Positions 55,444-63,686 of a DNA stretch of 63,686 nucleotides are shown here, in pieces. The stretch is from a virus (Duplodnaviria > Caudoviricetes): positions 1-63,686 of IMG/VR virus record IMGVR_UViG_3300020045_000643. One strand, given 5' to 3'. How positions within the stretch are numbered: the first letter of the stretch is position 1; every line of letters starts with the position of its first letter. Position numbers and translations under genes: made by a program. The notes beneath the pieces were generated by a model. It was not told the origin of the DNA. It did no database searches and saw nothing but the letters and a program-made list of their open reading frames with translations.

Positions 55444-56168
55444 GTTAAACGTTCTTTCAATTCTTCAAAGTTAAGAGGGCGAAGGTCATCAAGAGACTCA
55501 CGCATGTAGATGCAGTTAGCACATTTCAGGAAGTTATTTTCCCATGTTTCAGGTTGTTTCGCTTTCCAGATCTCGATAACCTTATTCCACAGTAGGTTAT
55601 TAGGTGTGTCTTTAGTAAGCTTGATAGCTGTCTTTTCGCCTACACCACGTAGCCCATGAATGTTATCTGTAGCATCTCCTGTTAAGACCTGCATCATCAA
55701 GAAGCGGTAAGCCTCTGAATCATCCATGAAGTAAAACTCTTTCTTACGAAAGTTGTAGTGCCAACCGGGAATACAGTTAAGGTCTTTATCGATATGAGCT
55801 ACTACGTAAGGCCGACCTTCGTCTAAAGCTGTCTTAGCGTAGATAGAACAGTAGTCATCAGCCTCACCGTCCTCACCTTTAGTACAGAACTCTTCGGCAT
55901 ACTCGTATAGTTTTTCAATACGATCTTTGATCTCAGGCTCAATAGTATCCTTACGAGTGTTCTTATACTCAGGGTCACAGAGGTACCTGAAGTTGTTAGA
56001 ACCTTTCATAAAGATAAGAGCAGAACCAGAGTCAGTAGTCTCAATGATATCCTTAATAAAGTTATCAAGAGACTTCTTAGCTAGTGCTGGTGAAGGTGTA
56101 GTGAAAGCAATCTGATAGATGATACTGTCTACGTCAATGATTACTTCCTCGAAGTTATGTTCAGTCAT
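55329..56168 (-). CDS. 5'-3' exonuclease (T7 gp6-like)
   Basis: IDVDSI, NFR....PEYK..R, EADD, IDKDL, Q.LTGD.TDNI.GL.G.G. Confidence 0.92.
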   Translation of the reverse strand: MTEHNFEEVIIDVDSIIYQIAFTTPSPALAKKSLDNFIKDIIETTDSGSALIFMKGSNNFRYLCDPEYKNTRKDTIEPEIKDRIEKLYEYAEEFCTKGEDGEADDYCSIYAKTALDEGRPYVVAHIDKDLNCIPGWHYNFRKKEFYFMDDSEAYRFLMMQVLTGDATDNIHGLRGVGEKTAIKLTKDTPNNLLWNKVIEIWKAKQPETWENNFLKCANCIYMRESLDDLRPLNFEELKERLTWNTDTGTLSQTDQTMPLDSSTMSKTSKQDADTSAESS

Positions 56169-56329
56169 TCCTGTACCCAGTCTCCTAGCTTATCAAATAC
56201 CGTAGCTGTTAATGAAACACCGGCTGCGAATGAACCATACATTGCTGCGGCAATAAAACCAGCAATTACAAATGGTGAAAGGATAGCACTAGTAACTACC
56301 CATACTAAATTTTTAATGAACTTCTGCAT
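56165..56329 (-). CDS. Small membrane protein
   Basis: Hydrophobic ORF; start trimmed to MQKFIK. Confidence 0.45.
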   Translation of the reverse strand: MQKFIKNLVWVVTSAILSPFVIAGFIAAAMYGSFAAGVSLTATVFDKLGDWVQE

Positions 56330-58163
56330 ATGTCTTTCCTGTGTGGGCATCACCGCCCATGCAATTAATACCAAACCACTTAGGCGCTTCAGTGAACGCT
56401 TCAATGGATAACTCTTTTACTTCCTGTTCAAACTGCTCAGGAACCACAATTGCAAATTCATCATGGTAATGAAGAGCAAAGTAGTGAGGGATTCCACGCT
56501 TACGCATCTCATCCTGCATATATACAGCTGCAGCTTTACAAGTGATACCTTCTGTTGTTTGTAATACATAGTTTAATACCTGATGTCCTGAACTTACAAA
56601 TACGATACGACCATCTAAACCTCTGACCCAAGCGTTCCCTTTACCAAACGCAGCTTCAGTCCTTTCGAACTGTCCTGTGAGCTTGGCTTTAAGTTCGGCA
56701 AGTCCGGGGATTGAATTTTCGAACTGAGACATAGCTTTCTGTCCAGCTTTAGCATCGCTTCTTCCGGTAAGGATATTGCCCAGTTTAGCTGCCCCGCCAC
56801 CAAAGAGGAAGGCGTACAAGAATGGCTTAGCCAGTTTACGTGTTGTGCCAATAGCATCTGCGTTTCGTTGGTGGACATCTCCATTGATTACCTCATTAGT
56901 AAAATCATCGTTGCCGATATAGTGACAAAGACCACGCATTTGATTACCCGCTGAGTCAGCACCGATAATGACGGTTCCAGGCTCGCACTGCAATAATCCA
57001 CGCATCTCTTTGCCATAAACAGCGTCAACACTAGGTAAATTAGCAATAACCTCGTGGCGACACCTAAAGGTAGGAGTACCAATAGTCCACATACGACCAT
57101 GAAGACGGTGGTCTGGGTGTTCTGTTGCTTCACGAATCCATCCCTCCAAGATACCCTTACGAGCACGTAGTGTGTAGTACTCACTGATTAGAGGAGCACC
57201 ACCACCAAGAACAGCTAATGAAGTATCAGTAATCTTAGGTGACTTATTGACGAACTTACCATTGACACGTTCAACGTTCCATTCATCAGGTACCCATCCG
57301 ATAGAGTACAAATAGTCTTTTACGACTTCAATACTACCGACCTTACCTTGTTCAAAGGTGATACGACAATATGGTCCCGCAATAGGACGATCTTCTCGAC
57401 CGGACTCTTGAGTATAACCAAAGTGTTTGACGGTAGCCACGGTGTAACAACCATCTTTACGCCAAGCAGGTTCTTTGAATTCATCTGGTTTATCTTTCTT
57501 GATACAACGTAGACCAATCAAAGGCTCTAAGACACCTTCGATACGTTCCATTTCATTGTTCATACGAGTCAACAATGTCTGAGCACCAGCCATATCAAAG
57601 ACCCAACCTTTATTGCGGATGTCAGCTTCAATAGCAGCGAATCGGTTCTCAACATCAAGACCCTTAGCATACAATGGGAACTTACCGATGATCTTCTTGG
57701 CTTCTTCCACTAAGACCTTGTATACTTTAACGTTTAATTCTACGTCTCGAATACAGTAAGTAAGCATTTCTTTAGTGTAGCCGCTCTCGAAGTCATTGAA
57801 TTCGAGCTTGGGGAATCCAAGTTTAGAACCCCATCCTTCCAAACCATGTTTATGTTCTCGTTTGAACTGGTTTGTTTGCGACATAATCCAAGTGTCAATG
57901 ACCTTGACAGTATGTGGAGGCGACCATCCGGTAAGATGTTTAAGAACCACAAGGTCATAGCCAATGAAATTGTGACCATACATAATATCAGCTGTACCGA
58001 TAAAGCTAAGTCCATCAGATAGGCTTGGTAGTTCAGGGTCATAGTCAGAGAAAGAATGTACTTCTCCAGTGTCTGAGTTGACAGCAACCATACACCAGAT
58101 TTTATTTACATGTGGCATAAAACCATTGGTCTCAATGTCAACACACAATCTTAGTTTAGTCAT
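56313..58163 (-). CDS. DNA polymerase family A (T7 gp5-like) with 3'-5' exonuclease
   Basis: DIET, GHN..GYD, YC.RDV; motif A DSAGNQMR, motif B RKLAKPFLYAFLFG, motif C HDE. Confidence 0.95.
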   Translation of the reverse strand: MTKLRLCVDIETNGFMPHVNKIWCMVAVNSDTGEVHSFSDYDPELPSLSDGLSFIGTADIMYGHNFIGYDLVVLKHLTGWSPPHTVKVIDTWIMSQTNQFKREHKHGLEGWGSKLGFPKLEFNDFESGYTKEMLTYCIRDVELNVKVYKVLVEEAKKIIGKFPLYAKGLDVENRFAAIEADIRNKGWVFDMAGAQTLLTRMNNEMERIEGVLEPLIGLRCIKKDKPDEFKEPAWRKDGCYTVATVKHFGYTQESGREDRPIAGPYCRITFEQGKVGSIEVVKDYLYSIGWVPDEWNVERVNGKFVNKSPKITDTSLAVLGGGAPLISEYYTLRARKGILEGWIREATEHPDHRLHGRMWTIGTPTFRCRHEVIANLPSVDAVYGKEMRGLLQCEPGTVIIGADSAGNQMRGLCHYIGNDDFTNEVINGDVHQRNADAIGTTRKLAKPFLYAFLFGGGAAKLGNILTGRSDAKAGQKAMSQFENSIPGLAELKAKLTGQFERTEAAFGKGNAWVRGLDGRIVFVSSGHQVLNYVLQTTEGITCKAAAVYMQDEMRKRGIPHYFALHYHDEFAIVVPEQFEQEVKELSIEAFTEAPKWFGINCMGGDAHTGKTYAEVH

Positions 58164-58645
58164 AGTAGTTTGTCTGCATACATTACAGTATAGAAATGTT
58201 CGAACACACGAGCTTCAACCTCACATGGGTCAAAGAAGTATGATTCGCGAGGAGAGTCTTTATCGTAGTTACACTTAGGGACTCGGAAACCATCACGACC
58301 AGTTAGATGCTGGCACACATGAACAAACTCATGGCACATGATGTATAGAAATAGTTGCTTGGTGAAGTAGTTGTTTTCCCATTCACTTAGGTACGGATCA
58401 CGAATCTGTACTAGAATACGATTCTGTTGGTCTTCACCATGAATAGTCATACCCATCTCATGGCTGTCTTCTGGATACTCAACACAAGCAATACTTACCT
58501 TGAATTTTTCTTCAGTGACCTTTACATTGAATCGACTACAGTAGTCAGCAAGAATGTTGAAGAATACCTGTGCTACATTCTTTTCTGCAGCTGGTAGACA
58601 AGCTACCTCTACCTGTACGGTAGGAAATCTTTTATCCTTCCTCAT
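58160..58645 (-). CDS. Putative zinc metallopeptidase (HEXXH)
   Basis: CHEFVHVCQH...Y..DPCEVEA. Confidence 0.65.
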   Translation of the reverse strand: MRKDKRFPTVQVEVACLPAAEKNVAQVFFNILADYCSRFNVKVTEEKFKVSIACVEYPEDSHEMGMTIHGEDQQNRILVQIRDPYLSEWENNYFTKQLFLYIMCHEFVHVCQHLTGRDGFRVPKCNYDKDSPRESYFFDPCEVEARVFEHFYTVMYADKLL

Positions 58646-58823
58646 TTATCTTCTTCCATGTTACGTTAGGAGAACCTAACTCAGTTAGCTCTTCAGCCAT
58701 TTGCATTAGGAGTTCATTGAAGCTCTCGATTGTCTCATCACGTTCACTGACTTGATACTGTAGGTATACAATATAGAATAGTGAACATAAGAGAAGGAAG
58801 TTTGTCCATCCTTCTGTTAGCAT
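58632..58823 (-). CDS. Small membrane protein
   Basis: N-terminal TM helix. Confidence 0.5.
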   Translation of the reverse strand: MLTEGWTNFLLLCSLFYIVYLQYQVSERDETIESFNELLMQMAEELTELGSPNVTWKKINEEG

Positions 58824-59269
58824 TAGTTTAATCCTGATTTAGCTAACCAAGCAGGGTCAGCGAGACTGTTCTGAGGTAGGTTATAGTTAATAGCTACACC
58901 CATCTTACGTAGGAAAGCTACACCATCCATACATTTATACTCACTGTTGTATACTACTCGCTTAATTCCCACACTAAAAATAAGTTTAGCGCAATCAATA
59001 CAAGGAGAGCAGGTGCAATAAAGAGTAGCACCGATAGTACTGCTATTCGAACGCGCCACCTTAGCGATGGCCTGAGCTTCCGCATGTAGTACGGTATTTG
59101 TTTGAGTGTCATTGTTAGTTTTTGGAGGTGTACCATTGTATGAGAATGAAATGATGTTGTCGTCTTTAACGATTAATGCACCGACTTTACGGTCTTCTGC
59201 ATATGATTGTTGTGCTGTTAGTTCAGCAATTCGTAGGTAGAATTCATCCCAGTCGCGTTGTGATTTCAT
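58823..59269 (-). CDS. dCMP deaminase
   Basis: WDEFYL.IA...A..S....KVGA.IV...YNG, HAE, PC..CAKLI...GI.RVVY. Confidence 0.88.
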   Translation of the reverse strand: MKSQRDWDEFYLRIAELTAQQSYAEDRKVGALIVKDDNIISFSYNGTPPKTNNDTQTNTVLHAEAQAIAKVARSNSSTIGATLYCTCSPCIDCAKLIFSVGIKRVVYNSEYKCMDGVAFLRKMGVAINYNLPQNSLADPAWLAKSGLN

Positions 59270-59417
59270 TATTCGTACTCGTTGTAACGTTCTTGATAAA
59301 GGTTTAAGATGTCAGCTAGCTCTACTAATACTTCTGCAAGTACCTCATCTTGGAAATGATTGTTTGGACGTGCAAAGGTTAGTGTCACAGTTACTGCATC
59401 ATAGTTTGTTTCAATAA

Positions 59418-59687
59418 TCATTTGAGAACTCCGTGTTGTTTATCCCAGTAGTTGTAGTTCATTAGCTTAAGGTCATAAGCACGACCTATAGCGTTACGGT
59501 CTAATTCCCATTGAGCTGATAGTAAGTCAAGCATACACTTGAGCTGACCAACTTCAGTCTCTAAGTGAGCTTTGTTTGTTACACCTGTTTCAGGATGAGG
59601 GTGATTAAGAGTAAATCGAAAACACTTACTGATAGCTTGGATTACTTCAGCACATTCCTCTTGGGTGGCTACAGGGATTAGATTCAT
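59418..59687 (-). CDS. MazG-like NTP pyrophosphohydrolase
   Basis: QEECAEVIQAISK...L..EVGQL (second acidic motif partly degenerate). Confidence 0.7.
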   Translation of the reverse strand: MNLIPVATQEECAEVIQAISKCFRFTLNHPHPETGVTNKAHLETEVGQLKCMLDLLSAQWELDRNAIGRAYDLKLMNYNYWDKQHGVLK

Positions 59688-59830
59688 TGTTCGATGTCCT
59701 CGATGTTTACGATTTGATATGATTCATTCTTGTTTAGTTCTGCTGACATAGAGTCAATAAGGTATTTGACTTCGTCTTCAGTAGAGTCTTCAAGAAAGTA
59801 TACTACGGTTACTACTGTTTGCTTTTTCAT
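59684..59830 (-). CDS. Small hypothetical protein
   Basis: ORF; start trimmed to MKKQT. Confidence 0.45.
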   Translation of the reverse strand: MKKQTVVTVVYFLEDSTEDEVKYLIDSMSAELNKNESYQIVNIEDIEQ

Positions 59831-59840
59831 GGTGTGTTCT

Positions 59841-60773
59841 CTATAAGGTACCGTCTGGGGTTTGAGATAAGTTCTCAAAGATTGTTTTTAGTTCACGTAG
59901 TTCATTAGACACTTTTGTTGCTGCTTCTGTTCTCTTTTTACCTGTACCATAATGAACAGTTGTCATTTCATTTTGAGCACGACACACTGCATTTAATACA
60001 TCTTGAATCGTCACAGTATTCACTGCATCTTTAAGTTCAAACAATGCTGAATTGAGAGCAATCTTAAATGCTTTTTCATTAGCATCTCGATTAGTTTTGC
60101 ATTGTTCTAAGGTACCAATAGAAGTTTTACCTTCTAATTTAAACAAAGGGTTGTTTGAGAAGATATATTTACCATTAATCTTTACATAATAAAGCCCTGA
60201 GTGGGTAGGCACATCATACTTGTATTGAGTATTTTCCTCTTTAAATTTACTAAACAAATCAAATAGATGCTTTGCTGAGTTATAAGAGAACAAGTCTGCT
60301 TTAGAGCTATCTAAACTAAGCATACTTACAATGTAGTTTTCATTAGAATCTACCATACCACGTAGTGTAGTATAACTAATTTCCTCTTCTACAGGGTCAT
60401 ACCCATAAGTAGAGTTCCAATCACGTTTGAAATGTTTATATGCTACTTCTGCTGTGATATCATCGAATACTAGTTCTTCATCGTCATCATCTTCATTTTC
60501 TATTAAAGTACCTTTGGTAGCTAATTTATTAAGACGGATTTTATATTCTTCGCTAGAGATTGTTTCATCTGTTTTAGGATTATGCCACCCTTTGAACACA
60601 GCCTTGTTATACTTATTAGTAATTACAGGCTTGATTTTACTTGTAAAGATTTGTCCATCAATAGACTTAACAGGGATATCATTGATGTAATGTGTATCTG
60701 TTCCATAAGATGGTTTGGTGATTAGATAAATTTCTTTATCTTCGAGATAAACTACTTTGTATTGGTTGCTCAT
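59841..60773 (-). CDS. Hypothetical protein
   Basis: 310-aa ORF on the coding strand, AT-rich. Confidence 0.7.
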   Translation of the reverse strand: MSNQYKVVYLEDKEIYLITKPSYGTDTHYINDIPVKSIDGQIFTSKIKPVITNKYNKAVFKGWHNPKTDETISSEEYKIRLNKLATKGTLIENEDDDDEELVFDDITAEVAYKHFKRDWNSTYGYDPVEEEISYTTLRGMVDSNENYIVSMLSLDSSKADLFSYNSAKHLFDLFSKFKEENTQYKYDVPTHSGLYYVKINGKYIFSNNPLFKLEGKTSIGTLEQCKTNRDANEKAFKIALNSALFELKDAVNTVTIQDVLNAVCRAQNEMTTVHYGTGKKRTEAATKVSNELRELKTIFENLSQTPDGTL

Positions 60774-60789
60774 AGTTAGCCTGAGTATT

Positions 60790-61098
60790 TTAGGGTTTGA
60801 AGTCTTTCAACAAGATTGCTCGTTCAGAAAACATTTGTAGGGTGCTGCATTTGTTGTCATGTTTCTCTCGTTCTTTAGGTGTCATTGGGCGGTATCCGTA
60901 GTTACCTCCTTCTAGTAGGTCAAATACTTCATATGGGTTACCATATAAACCATAAGAACGTTCTATTGGGTGTGCTTTAACCTTTCCATTAACAACATCT
61001 CTGAATTGATACACATTCATAGACGCGCTACGCCCAACAATAGTTGGGTAAGCAAAGTAGTCACCTACATTTACTTCTTGTCCAAGAAAATCTTTCAT
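60790..61098 (-). CDS. Hypothetical protein (MKDFLGQEVNVGD start)
   Basis: ORF directly after the ligase stop. Confidence 0.6.
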   Translation of the reverse strand: MKDFLGQEVNVGDYFAYPTIVGRSASMNVYQFRDVVNGKVKAHPIERSYGLYGNPYEVFDLLEGGNYGYRPMTPKEREKHDNKCSTLQMFSERAILLKDFKP

Positions 61099-61099
61099 A

Positions 61100-61978
61100 T
61101 TACATATCCATTTTATCACGGAAACCCAAGAAGATTGGGTGACGAGGTTTATCTTTAACCCCAATAGGGAAGTGTTTGTACTTTACAATAGCCCCTTTAA
61201 GTTGTTCCTTATCCCTCCAGAAATTTGTTCGATCATCAGAGTCGAAACCTGAGCCAATGTTAAATTCAATTCCGTCACTTGTTCGGCACACAAGAGCACC
61301 GAGAGTTCCTTTACCTCGGAGTCCAGCCTTACTAGTTGACCTCTTAGTGCGTCCAAGTTCATTTGTTTCTGCTTCGTTTCCATTGTGCATTTCCTCTTCG
61401 AATCCTACGATAGTAGCCTCAGCATCTTCAAAGCGTTTAAGCTTAAAGGCATTAGCTTCTTTCATAGTACAACGACCGTACTTATACTTACCTTTAGAGT
61501 TACGAATGATTACTCCTTCATAGCCTTCATTGAGATAGCTTTCTTCAATTTCTAATAGCTCTACCTTAGTCCCTGCTTCAAAGCGAAGTACGTGAACATA
61601 GTTAGGCCATTCATAATGATATTCATGTGGAGTAGTACGATTAATATAGTCACTGATTGTGTCATCCCACCAGTCGAAGTGGTAGAACATAAAGTCACCT
61701 ACTTTATCATGTGACATAACAAAAGAGTTAGTATCACGATAGACAGTAGGTGATGTTGGAGAACCAACGATTAGTTCACCATCCATACCTTGAAAGGTAA
61801 CAGCATTGTTAGAAGCCCACTGCTGGATGTGTTTATTAGGGATAGGCTTGAGTGTACGACTTAACGCAACACCATCTTTAATTAAACAACGGATACCATC
61901 TAATTTAGGTGTTACGATGACAGGATAGTTGAGAGTATCTAGGTCAGGTAACTCTCGGGGTAATAACATTGGTTTCAT
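61100..61978 (-). CDS. ATP-dependent DNA ligase
   Basis: KLDGIR, DGEL, GYEGVIIR, YKYGR, KLKRFED, IGSGF, PRHPIFLGFR. Confidence 0.93.
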   Translation of the reverse strand: MKPMLLPRELPDLDTLNYPVIVTPKLDGIRCLIKDGVALSRTLKPIPNKHIQQWASNNAVTFQGMDGELIVGSPTSPTVYRDTNSFVMSHDKVGDFMFYHFDWWDDTISDYINRTTPHEYHYEWPNYVHVLRFEAGTKVELLEIEESYLNEGYEGVIIRNSKGKYKYGRCTMKEANAFKLKRFEDAEATIVGFEEEMHNGNEAETNELGRTKRSTSKAGLRGKGTLGALVCRTSDGIEFNIGSGFDSDDRTNFWRDKEQLKGAIVKYKHFPIGVKDKPRHPIFLGFRDKMDM

Positions 61979-62211
61979 TTGAAAGCCTCATCAGCAGTTG
62001 TATATAAGAGTTCTTCAGCGATTACTTTTCCGGGCATAACCCCAGTAACATAATAGCGAATTACTAGCTTATGCTCTTCTGGATTCCAAGAGTCAACCAT
62101 TACAATAGGTTGGATAGAACTTACATTTAGTTTACTTACTGACTCTCCATCTCGAAAGTATACAGTGTCATTGATGTTGAACTTAGGCGTGAATGTCCAT
62201 GTTTTGTTCAT
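61975..62211 (-). CDS. Hypothetical protein
   Basis: KFNI.D.VY pattern; translationally coupled ORF. Confidence 0.55.
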   Translation of the reverse strand: MNKTWTFTPKFNINDTVYFRDGESVSKLNVSSIQPIVMVDSWNPEEHKLVIRYYVTGVMPGKVIAEELLYTTADEAFK

Positions 62212-62816
62212 TAGTCTTTCCTTAGATTGTTACTCATGTTGTAGTACAGATGACTCTTGGTAGCTTTCAGCGTGATGATCAGTTGAGTCTCTAACTCATG
62301 CATCTCTTGATCAGTACCATACGCTAGGATTGTACGGATGAATCTTGAGGGACATTCGTTATATTCTGCGATAAGGCTTTCACTGCTGCAGACATATCCA
62401 TCATCAGCTGTTCCCTTGTGCTTTCCGATATACTTTCTATCGGTGTCTTTGTTTGTCCAAAGATAAACAAATGACTCACCGCTGTTGCTGTAGGCGTTAG
62501 TCTCGGCAGGGACTTCGACATTGTACTCTCCCTTGATATGGTCTTGCCATATTTCTTTCACATAAGCAACCATAGGCTTACCCTTAGGTGCTCGCCACAT
62601 GACTACGAATGAAGGGCTACCTTCGTTTTCACAGAGATGCTCATAGACCCATTTGTTATGGAGTCCTGTATACTCAGTGTCACCGATAGTAACCTTCACC
62701 ATAGACTTACCTGAGTCAGAGGTATACTCTTCGACTTCATCTACAGTACATTCGTAGATATCAAAGAGCTTATCACTACCTGCAACCCATCGTTTAACTG
62801 TCTTGATTAGGTTCAT
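62211..62816 (-). CDS. Two-domain protein with C-terminal GIY-YIG-like nuclease domain
   Basis: FVYLWTN....RKYIGKHKG..DDGY.CSS...E..L.......YYN. Confidence 0.65.
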   Translation of the reverse strand: MNLIKTVKRWVAGSDKLFDIYECTVDEVEEYTSDSGKSMVKVTIGDTEYTGLHNKWVYEHLCENEGSPSFVVMWRAPKGKPMVAYVKEIWQDHIKGEYNVEVPAETNAYSNSGESFVYLWTNKDTDRKYIGKHKGTADDGYVCSSESLIAEYNECPSRFIRTILAYGTDQEMHELETQLIITLKATKSHLYYNMSNNLRKD

Positions 62817-62965
62817 TGTGTTAACATATATAAGCCCACGTTACCGAGAGCATATCCAAAGTAGGTTATTGACATACCGATATTACCTTTAGTGAATTGT
62901 TCTATAGAGATATAGAGATACACTAAACCAATACCAGCAATTAGGAGAGGAGATTCAACCTGCAT
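62813..62965 (-). CDS. Small membrane protein (50 aa)
   Basis: Translated by hand: LIAGIGLVYLYISIEQFTKGNIGMSITYFGYALGNVGLY. Confidence 0.55.
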   Translation of the reverse strand: MQVESPLLIAGIGLVYLYISIEQFTKGNIGMSITYFGYALGNVGLYMLTQ

Positions 62966-63222
62966 ATATGCTCCTTGTACTCCTGTTTAGTTAGCCAGAT
63001 AGATTTACATCTGGGACATTCATAGGCATGACCTATTACGACTTTACCGTTGATCTTTGATTGTTGGGTCTTTACGATTCTAGGCTGCAGAATCATATGC
63101 TTGTGTCCTAAGTTGTTCAATGATTTCAGGTGAGATGTCGTCAGGAGAACCATACTCGTATTCAGCGAGCATAGTTTTACCTTCGTATACTCGTAGAATA
63201 TCTTTGAGTATAAGTATTAATC

Positions 63223-63606
63223 TCACTTGAGTTCGCCTAGTTTACCGATGATGGTACCTTCACGCTGTAAGATTTCTAGGCAACGTGTATACCAGACTAC
63301 TTTACGGGTCTCTTGCAATTCGTTATCTTTCTTACCCATACGCATTAGGTACTTGTAGATTTGGCCTAACAAGTGAGCTTTTAAACCTTGGTAGCCGAGG
63401 ATGAACTCCATACATTCGATATACTGGTAGTTACCTACGATACCTTGGTAGTGATCTGGGTTGATTTGGTCTTTGATCATAGGCGGTTCCTGTGTAGTTA
63501 AGATTTGGAAAGAAGTTGCATGGTCATCAATTTCTTTGTTGTAGGCTTTTGCTCGTGCATTAGGCCACAAGTGTTTAAATGCTTGTTGGTCATAGAAGTC
63601 AGTCAT
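63223..63606 (-). CDS. DUF3310 / T7 gp1.7-like protein
   Basis: DQINPDHY......IE......G..KYL.R.GKKD...QE..K..WY. Confidence 0.75.
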   Translation of the reverse strand: MTDFYDQQAFKHLWPNARAKAYNKEIDDHATSFQILTTQEPPMIKDQINPDHYQGIVGNYQYIECMEFILGYQGLKAHLLGQIYKYLMRMGKKDNELQETRKVVWYTRCLEILQREGTIIGKLGELK

Positions 63607-63686
63607 CAGTATACATCCCCGTTTTGAATGATTTTAGAATCTTCATACGGTGCAGCTACACGGCGGTAGAACTCTATCTTAGCACC

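Noticed and set aside
56313-58163. 2-aminoadenine (Z) genome suggested by the unusual polymerase motif and MazG
   Set aside because: No PurZ (adenylosuccinate synthetase-like) or DatZ HD-phosphohydrolase ORF was recognised
63566-63686. 121-bp end repeat as a biological terminal repeat
   Set aside because: It falls inside coding sequence and its length fits an assembler k-mer overlap; true termini are more plausibly near 11100-11400
1-63686. Prophage or lysogeny module
   Set aside because: No integrase, repressor, partition genes or flanking host genes were recognised

Overview
The window is an apparently complete, circularly assembled ~63.57 kb genome of a lytic podovirus-type tailed phage. 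Bases 1-121 repeat at 63566-63686, which is most likely an assembly overlap. An embedded Rz/Rz1 spanin pair indicates a Gram-negative host. Genes form two arms. The minus-strand arm (~11100 down to 1, wrapping to 46493) holds small early genes, SSB, RNA ligase, DNA ligase, family A DNA polymerase, exonuclease, primase-helicase, a 733-aa T7-type RNA polymerase, class II RNR, thioredoxin, 7 tRNAs and Dps. The plus-strand arm (11413-46442) holds terminase, portal, scaffold, capsid, tail, fibres, lysis genes, PhoH and ejected internal virion proteins. The main finding is that the last structural gene (42744-46442, 1232 aa) carries single-subunit RNA polymerase motifs A, B and C. The phage therefore appears to encode two RNAPs, one probably packaged in the virion, giving an N4-like transcription strategy in a non-N4 layout. 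Other highlights are a recurring 17-bp promoter-like motif (AGTCGGWACCTAATAGG), an SNase-like domain on the 1405-aa ejection protein, paired Glu-to-Gln and Tyr-to-Phe changes in the DNA polymerase active site, fibre+chaperone cassettes bracketed by near-identical DNA anchors, a structured RNA candidate ahead of the tRNAs, and a candidate origin. All calls come from reading motifs by eye; no database searches were run, so novelty is unverified.
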